Assembly: GCA_964016885.1 (NCBI GenBank)
Contig: OZ024743.1
Coordinates: 60,760,001-60,824,000, forward strand
Direction of reading: 5' to 3'
DNA from: Eledone cirrhosa
Taxonomy: Eukaryota
DNA length: 64,000 nucleotides
Shown: positions 57,715-64,000 of the stretch, one piece after another
Numbering within the stretch: the first letter of the stretch is position 1
Layout: each line of letters opens with the position of its first letter
Notes under the pieces: generated by a model
The model's input: the letters and a program-made list of their open reading frames with translations, nothing else
The model's database searches: none
Told to the model about the DNA's origin: nothing
Position numbers and translations under genes: made by a program

Positions 57715-58107
57715 ACTCTGAGTACATACATACTGCTATTGTTGTCGTTGGTGGTGGTGTTGGTACTCTGAGTATATACATACTGCTATTGTTGTTGTTG
57801 TTGGTGGTGGTGGTACTCTGAGTACATTCATACTGCTATTGTTGTTGTTGTTGGTGGTGGTGGTACTCTGAGTACATACATACTGCTATTGTTGTTGTTG
57901 GTGGTGGTGGTACTCTGAGTACATTCATACTTCTATTGTTTTTGTTGTTGTTGGTGGTGATACTCTGACAACAATAGCAGTATGAATGTACTCAGAGTAC
58001 CACCACCACCACCAACAACAACAACAATAGCAGTATGAATGTACTCAGAGTACCACCACCACCAACAACAACAACAATAGCAGTATGAATGTATTGAGAG
58101 TACCACC

Positions 58108-58137
<30 letters not shown>
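56041..58137. repeat. Composite minisatellite: aatagcagtatg(a/t)atgtactcagagta + (cca)n(caa)n, ~41 units of 44-62 bp, with an inverted block at 57673-57968
   Basis: About 32 forward, 6 inverted and 3 forward units counted by eye. Confidence 0.95.
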
Positions 58138-58138
<1 letters not shown>

Positions 58139-58281
58139 GTATGACGTTATATAATGACAACGCTAACAATATGAATGTATGTTGTGTGAAGAAAACAACA
58201 ATAACACCAACAACAACAATTTGTGAAGGGATATATTGACAATAACAACAACAATAAAAAATAATGTGAATGTATGGAAGG

Positions 58282-58573
58282 AAGGCACTCCTTCGGTTAC
58301 GACGACGAGTGTAGCAGTTGTTGCGATCAACGGAATAGCCTGCTCATGAAATTAACGTGCAAGTGGCTGAGCATTCCACCAACACAGCCTGACACAGAAT
58401 TTGACAAGGCAGGTCCATCGATTTACAGGCACAACTCATTTTCGCCTGCTGAGTGGACTGGAGCAACGTGAAAAAATGTGTCTTGCTCAAGGACACGATA
58501 TGCTGCCGGGAATTGAACTTACGATCATACGATCATAAGCCGAATACTCTAACCACAAAGCCACGTGCTTTCA
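58282..58573 (-). mobile_element. tRNA-derived SINE (family B related)
   Basis: Minus strand tggctttgtggttagag (A box) ... agttcaattcccgg (B box) ... gtgtccttgagcaagacac; tail shared with 14630-14730. Confidence 0.8.
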
Positions 58574-58632
58574 CTATAATATGGAGGTATATTGTGACAA
58601 TAACATCAACAACAGTATCGAGGTATAGTGTG

Positions 58633-58688
58633 AGAAGAAGAAGAAGAAGAAGAAGAAGAAGAAGAAGAAGAAGAAGAAGAAGAAGAAG

Positions 58689-58768
<80 letters not shown>

Positions 58769-59006
58769 ACAAACAAACAAACAAACAAACAAACAAACAA
58801 ACAAACAAACAAACAAACAGAAGCTAGATGTTACCGCTATTTCAGGCAATAGCGGTAAATGGAAGGGTATTCCCGCTCTCGTTCACTCGGTATTGCTTCT
58901 AGAGGGAGACAGAGATAGGTGCAGAGAGAGATAGAACGACAGATAGAGAGGTATGGAGGAATTTGGAGAAAAGGGGGGTCAGAGAGAGTAGAAGCAAGAA
59001 ATAGGT

Positions 59007-59076
<70 letters not shown>

Positions 59077-60063
59077 AATAGGCGGCAGAAAGAGAGAGAG
59101 AGCAAGAGAAAGAGAGAGATGTAGGGAGACAGAGTAAGCGATAGAAAAAGAGAAAGAGCGACAGACAGATAGAGAAAGACAGAGAGAAACAGGTACAGAA
59201 AGAGAGAGAGAGAGAGAGAGGGGGGAGAGAAAGAGTTAGAAAAGCTGAGCGAGATACAGAAAATGAAAGAAAGGGAGAGCGACAGATAGAGGGATACAAA
59301 GAGAGAAAGAGGGAAAGGCTTGGTTGCTCGTAAATAGCATCCTTAATTTAATGACCCCATCCTCAAGACATGCAACTGTTTGCATTCCTTTTTTTCAAAA
59401 TCCCTTCTTCCCTTGCACAGATGTCTTCTGCTAGTTCCTTTGATTTACCGCCATCATCGCTAACTCCCCCTCTCTCACTATCTCTCAATCTATCTGCCTT
59501 TCTTTCTCTCTCTTTCTTTCTCTCTCTCTCTCTCACACTCTTTCACACTCTTTCTTTCTCAGTCTTTCTCTCTCTCCCTTTCTTTCTTATTCTTTCTCTC
59601 CCTCTCCCTCTCCCTCTCCCTCTCCCTCTCAGTCTCAGTCTCTCTCTTTTTTCTTCCCTCTCATTCTTTCTATCTCTCTCTCTTTCTCTCGCTCTCACTC
59701 CATCTATCAATATATCTCTCTTTCCTTCTCTCTCTCTCACTCTCTATCAATCTCTCTTTTTTCTTTTTCTTTCTCTCTCTATCCCGCTTTCTCTCTCTCG
59801 CTCTCTCACTCTCTATGTCTCTCTTCTGTCTCATCTCGCTAAAACACACATTCACTGCCTCTCGTCTGTTACTCCCTCTCTCTCACTCTCCTTTTCTCTC
59901 ACTAACTCTTTCTCTTTCCTTCTCAACCCCTCTCTTTCACAAATACAATTTCCCTGTCTCTCATCTCTCCTGCTGTTAGTGGTGACGGTGATGATGATGA
60001 TGATGGTAATGGAAATAATGATAATGGTGGTAGCGGTGACGATGAAGATGACGATGAAGATGT

Positions 60064-60101
<38 letters not shown>

Positions 60102-60127
60102 GTGATGATGATTACGATGATAATGCT

Positions 60128-60173
<46 letters not shown>

Positions 60174-60183
60174 ACGATGATAA

Positions 60184-60235
<52 letters not shown>

Positions 60236-60314
60236 AACAATGACGATGATGGTAGTGGTGGTGGTGGTGGTGGTGGTGATGGTGACAGTAATGATGATTA
60301 TGATGATGATAAAA

Positions 60315-60367
<53 letters not shown>

Positions 60368-60410
60368 AGTAATGTTGCTGCTGCTGTTGTTGCTGCTGCT
60401 GATGATGATA
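58633..60410. repeat. (GAA)n, (AAC)n, (AAAC)n, (GA)n, (CT)n and (GAT)/(GCT)n microsatellite field
   Basis: Seen directly. Confidence 0.9.
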
Positions 60411-60442
60411 TTCGTATTAGTCTGGTATTGTATTAGTAATAA

Positions 60443-60493
60443 TTGTTTCTACTTTAGGCACAAGGCCAGCAATGACCCAGTGCATTACTGGTA
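60443..60493 (-). mobile_element. SINE family A 3' fragment
   Basis: ttgtttctactttaggcacaaggccagcaatgacccagtgcattactggta nearly identical to 2040-2090. Confidence 0.75.
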
Positions 60494-60766
60494 GTAATAA
60501 TGACGGAAATGATTTTTGAATGTTTTAAACTAACGTTATAGAGGTAACGTCCAGAAGTAAGAGGGTGCCTGTGTACGTATGTGTGTGTGAGAGTGTGTGT
60601 GTACATGTGCATGTGTGTGCGTGAAACATGTGAAGTTAGCAATGTCTATAGTTATGTGTACAATGCATACTATATAAATGTTTGCATATCCTAAAGAAAT
60701 ATCCATAATATATAAATGTTTGCATATACGTATATCTATATCTGTCGCTACCTATCTATCTATCTA

Positions 60767-61388
60767 CGGAGATCTGTGGGGCTATGTCGAACAACTGCTG
60801 TCACGGGTGGGTCCGATCCGGTTGACCACCGAGTCTATTTTAACGATCAAGCGGCCTCTCCTCTTCAAAAACGAAGAAGAGGCGGTGTTTCTGTGCGTAA
60901 TAGCCATGGTGAAAGAGGTTGTATGGCGGCCGCGTCTGAAAGTACTGAGGTCAGACACCTTTCTCTCTGGCCAACAACTGGTCCGTTTCTTCCGATATCA
61001 TTTCGGAAGAAGGATCAGGAATGAGAGAGAGGTGCTGCACCCCAGCCGTTTTTATGAAAGATGGGTGAAAGTGGCGAGAATGGCCCGTGTGAATGGGCCT
61101 TCGCTCTACATCAGACTGTAGGTGAGTAAGATGAAAGATCAAGGGAGCACCCTCTCTCTGTGCTCCTGAGGAGAAGGGTTGCACACTTTTTTCGGGGGTG
61201 TGTGCGACCCCCAAAGGCGCCTCCTCCCTATTGAGGATTTTGTTATTCAATTTATTTTTGTTATATTTTATATTTTTATATTATATTTTGTTATTGCCTC
61301 CTCCTTATTGAGGAGGCCTTTTATGTAAACTCCCCCCCATTGTACTTGTCCCACTCTTTGATGCCCTGGTGGCAAATAAAAAGAAAGT
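60767..61388 (+). mobile_element. 5'-truncated Tx1/L1-clade LINE 3' end, copy 1, inserted in (TATC)n
   Basis: DLWGYVEQLLSRVG...IAMVKEVVWRPRL...FFRYHFGRRIRNEREVL....FYERW resembles Tx1 ORF2 C-termini; stop 61121; 3' UTR hairpin 61296-61317; AATAAA 61375. Confidence 0.75.
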
Positions 61389-61402
61389 TATCTATCTATC
61401 TA

Positions 61403-61797
61403 CGGCGAACAACTGGTTCGCTTCTTCAAATATCACTTTAGAAGAAGAATGAGAGTGGAGAGAGAGGTGCTGCACCCCAGCAAATTTTCTGAAAGGTGGG
61501 TTGAATGTGGCAAGAATGGCAAGAGTGGTTGGGCCTTCTCTCTATATAAACCTGTAGGTTGAACAAGAAGAAGAGAGGAAGGGAGGAAGGGAGCGCTCAA
61601 TCATCGTGCTCCTGGAGATGAGGGTTATACATTTTTCGGGGTGTGTACAACCCCTGTGTAACGCCTCCCCCCTGTTGGGGATTTCGATCGTTTAATTTAT
61701 TATCATTGTTATAAATTCTTTTTTACACGCATGTATGTAAACTCCCCGCTTTGTATTTGTCCCCATCTTGTGCGCCCTTGTGGCGAATAAAGAAATT
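61403..61797 (+). mobile_element. 5'-truncated Tx1/L1-clade LINE 3' end, copy 2 (diverged subfamily)
   Basis: GEQLVRFFKYHFRRRMRVEREVLHPSKFSERW aligns with copy 1; homologous 3' UTR and AATAAA, then (TATC)n. Confidence 0.75.
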
Positions 61798-61948
61798 TAT
61801 CTATCTATCTATCTATGTTTATTTATAATTATATTATATATATATACATATATATATTTATATTTATATTTATATTATATATATATATATATATAATATA
61901 AATATAAATATATAATTATATATTATATATATATGTATATATATATAT

Positions 61949-61987
<39 letters not shown>

Positions 61988-62000
61988 AAGACAGAGACAA

Positions 62001-62069
<69 letters not shown>

Positions 62070-62171
62070 GACAGAGAGAAAGAGAGAGAGAGATGTGTGA
62101 CGCCAGCAGAAGAGATATTACTCTTTTACTCTTTTACCTGTTCCAGCCATCCGGCTAAGGCCAAGCTGGGG

Positions 62172-62321
62172 CCCGACGGCAGAGCTCCCGTTGTTTCAAC
62201 AGCTAGTTCCAAGAGCTCAACCCTCGGGCACCGACTCATTATAATATACCTATACTCTACTAGCCCAATTATCGAGTACTCTGTTGAGTAATGGTCTAAC
62301 TAGTTTGAAATTGGCTCTATC

Positions 62322-62325
<4 letters not shown>
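62172..62325 (+). mobile_element. Diverged fold-back element homologous to 63101-63293
   Basis: gagctcaaccctcgggcaccgactc...actctacta...gagtactctgttgagtaatggtc aligns with the reverse complement of 63130-63211; internal hairpin gcccga..gagctc/gagctc..tcgggc. Confidence 0.55.
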
Positions 62326-62388
<63 letters not shown>

Positions 62389-62413
62389 ATATGGGTGAGA
62401 AGAATACTGCTGG

Positions 62414-62450
<37 letters not shown>

Positions 62451-62453
62451 TAT

Positions 62454-62655
62454 ATATTGTTATACTTTGGGAGAGTCATGTTGCCAATAAGAAACACACG
62501 CACCAGCTGCTTTCACTTCAATTTATTATAATAAATTGAAGTGAAAGCAACTGGTGCGTGTGTTTCTTACTGGCAACATGACCCTCCCAAAGTATAACAA
62601 CATCGGTTTCAACACACGTTTTCAGATAAAGAATCTTGCTAAACAAATTCAGAAA

Positions 62656-62658
<3 letters not shown>
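62454..62658 (+). mobile_element. Short fold-back copy of the 6644 pLTR family
   Basis: Loop-less palindrome 62454-62528 / 62529-62603 (about 4 mismatches) plus the same ~55-bp tail, flanked by (TA)n. Confidence 0.8.
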
Positions 62659-62723
<65 letters not shown>

Positions 62724-62726
62724 CAG

Positions 62727-63081
62727 TACAAATATTAATAAAATAGATGTTCTTTTAATCATTTAAATTTTATTATACAATTATATATTATATATATAAA
62801 TTATATATATATAAATATAAATTTAGTGAAAATCGCATTTCGGCGGGTAGAAATTAGCGAAACGCAACTTCCATATACATATATATATATATGTATATAT
62901 ATTAAAGAGTTAAACAATATATAATGCGTATATCAACGAATGAATTTTACAGTAGATTGGAAGCACTGTATGAAAAATAATTTTCCAGAGTTATTAATAT
63001 TAAAATACAAATATTAATAAAATAGATGTAATTGATAAAAAGAACATCTATTTTATTAATATTTGTATTTTAATATTAATA
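62727..63081. repeat. AT-rich triple-arm inverted repeat
   Basis: Perfect 38-bp hairpin 62992-63029 / 63044-63081 plus another inverted copy at 62727-62765. Confidence 0.75.
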
Positions 63082-63100
63082 TATATGTATATATATATAT

Positions 63101-63288
63101 AACGAAGGAAATGTGGTAAGGAACCAGGTGGACCATAACGCACCAAAGTACTCAATACTTAGAGTAGTAGAGTGGGTAATAGGAACGAGTAGGACCCCGA
63201 CGGCTGAGCTCAATCCGTTCGACGGCTAATTCTGGACAAAATTAGCCGTCGAAACGGATTGAGCTCAGCCGTCGGGGTCCTACTCGTT

Positions 63289-63293
<5 letters not shown>
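63101..63293 (-). mobile_element. GC-rich fold-back element with tail, in (TA)n
   Basis: 53/54-bp arms 63179-63231 / 63240-63293 (one-nt bulge), 8-nt loop, 78-bp tail 63101-63178. Confidence 0.7.
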
Positions 63294-63342
<49 letters not shown>

Positions 63343-63355
63343 TCTATATATATGC

Positions 63356-63913
<558 letters not shown>

Positions 63914-64000
63914 GTGCATGGTGGTGGTTATAGTGTTGTGCTGGTAATGGTGATGTTGAAGGTGTGTCCTCCTGTGTCACACAGACCTGATATGACAGAT

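Noticed and set aside
56041-58137. CRISPR-like array (constant palindromic repeat plus spacers)
   Set aside because: Spacers are only (CCA)n(CAA)n, not unique; no cas genes; eukaryotic context.
59370-60494. 374-aa SL/poly-M ORF and antisense poly-H/Q frame
   Set aside because: Microsatellite-derived; no domain or clear splice support.

Overview
Eukaryotic, AT-rich, microsatellite-dense, essentially gene-poor window. The tRNA-derived SINEs and the (TA)n/(AAC)n/(TAGG)n density suggest an octopus/cephalopod genome (inference). About 62% of the window (c.15860-55760) is one 40-bp pyrimidine-rich satellite array (~1000 units) with kb-scale internal duplications, followed by a composite minisatellite containing an inverted block. 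The flanks hold decayed retroelements: a Tx1/L1-like ORF1, an RTE 3' end, an I/Ingi-group 3' end, two Tx1-like 3' ends stacked in a (TATC)n tract, SINEs and a Tc1/mariner fragment. The most interesting signal is a set of fold-back elements embedded in (TA)n tracts (5.2-7.8 kb and 62.2-63.3 kb). Several carry minimal type-I hammerhead ribozyme motifs, some with an unusually long stem II, in the architecture inverted copy / sense copy / fixed 3' tail typical of Penelope-like retroelement pLTRs. Two candidate host exons (12434-12671 minus; 55778-55933 plus) are suggested by splice signals only. Nearly all long ORFs in the track are repeat artefacts.
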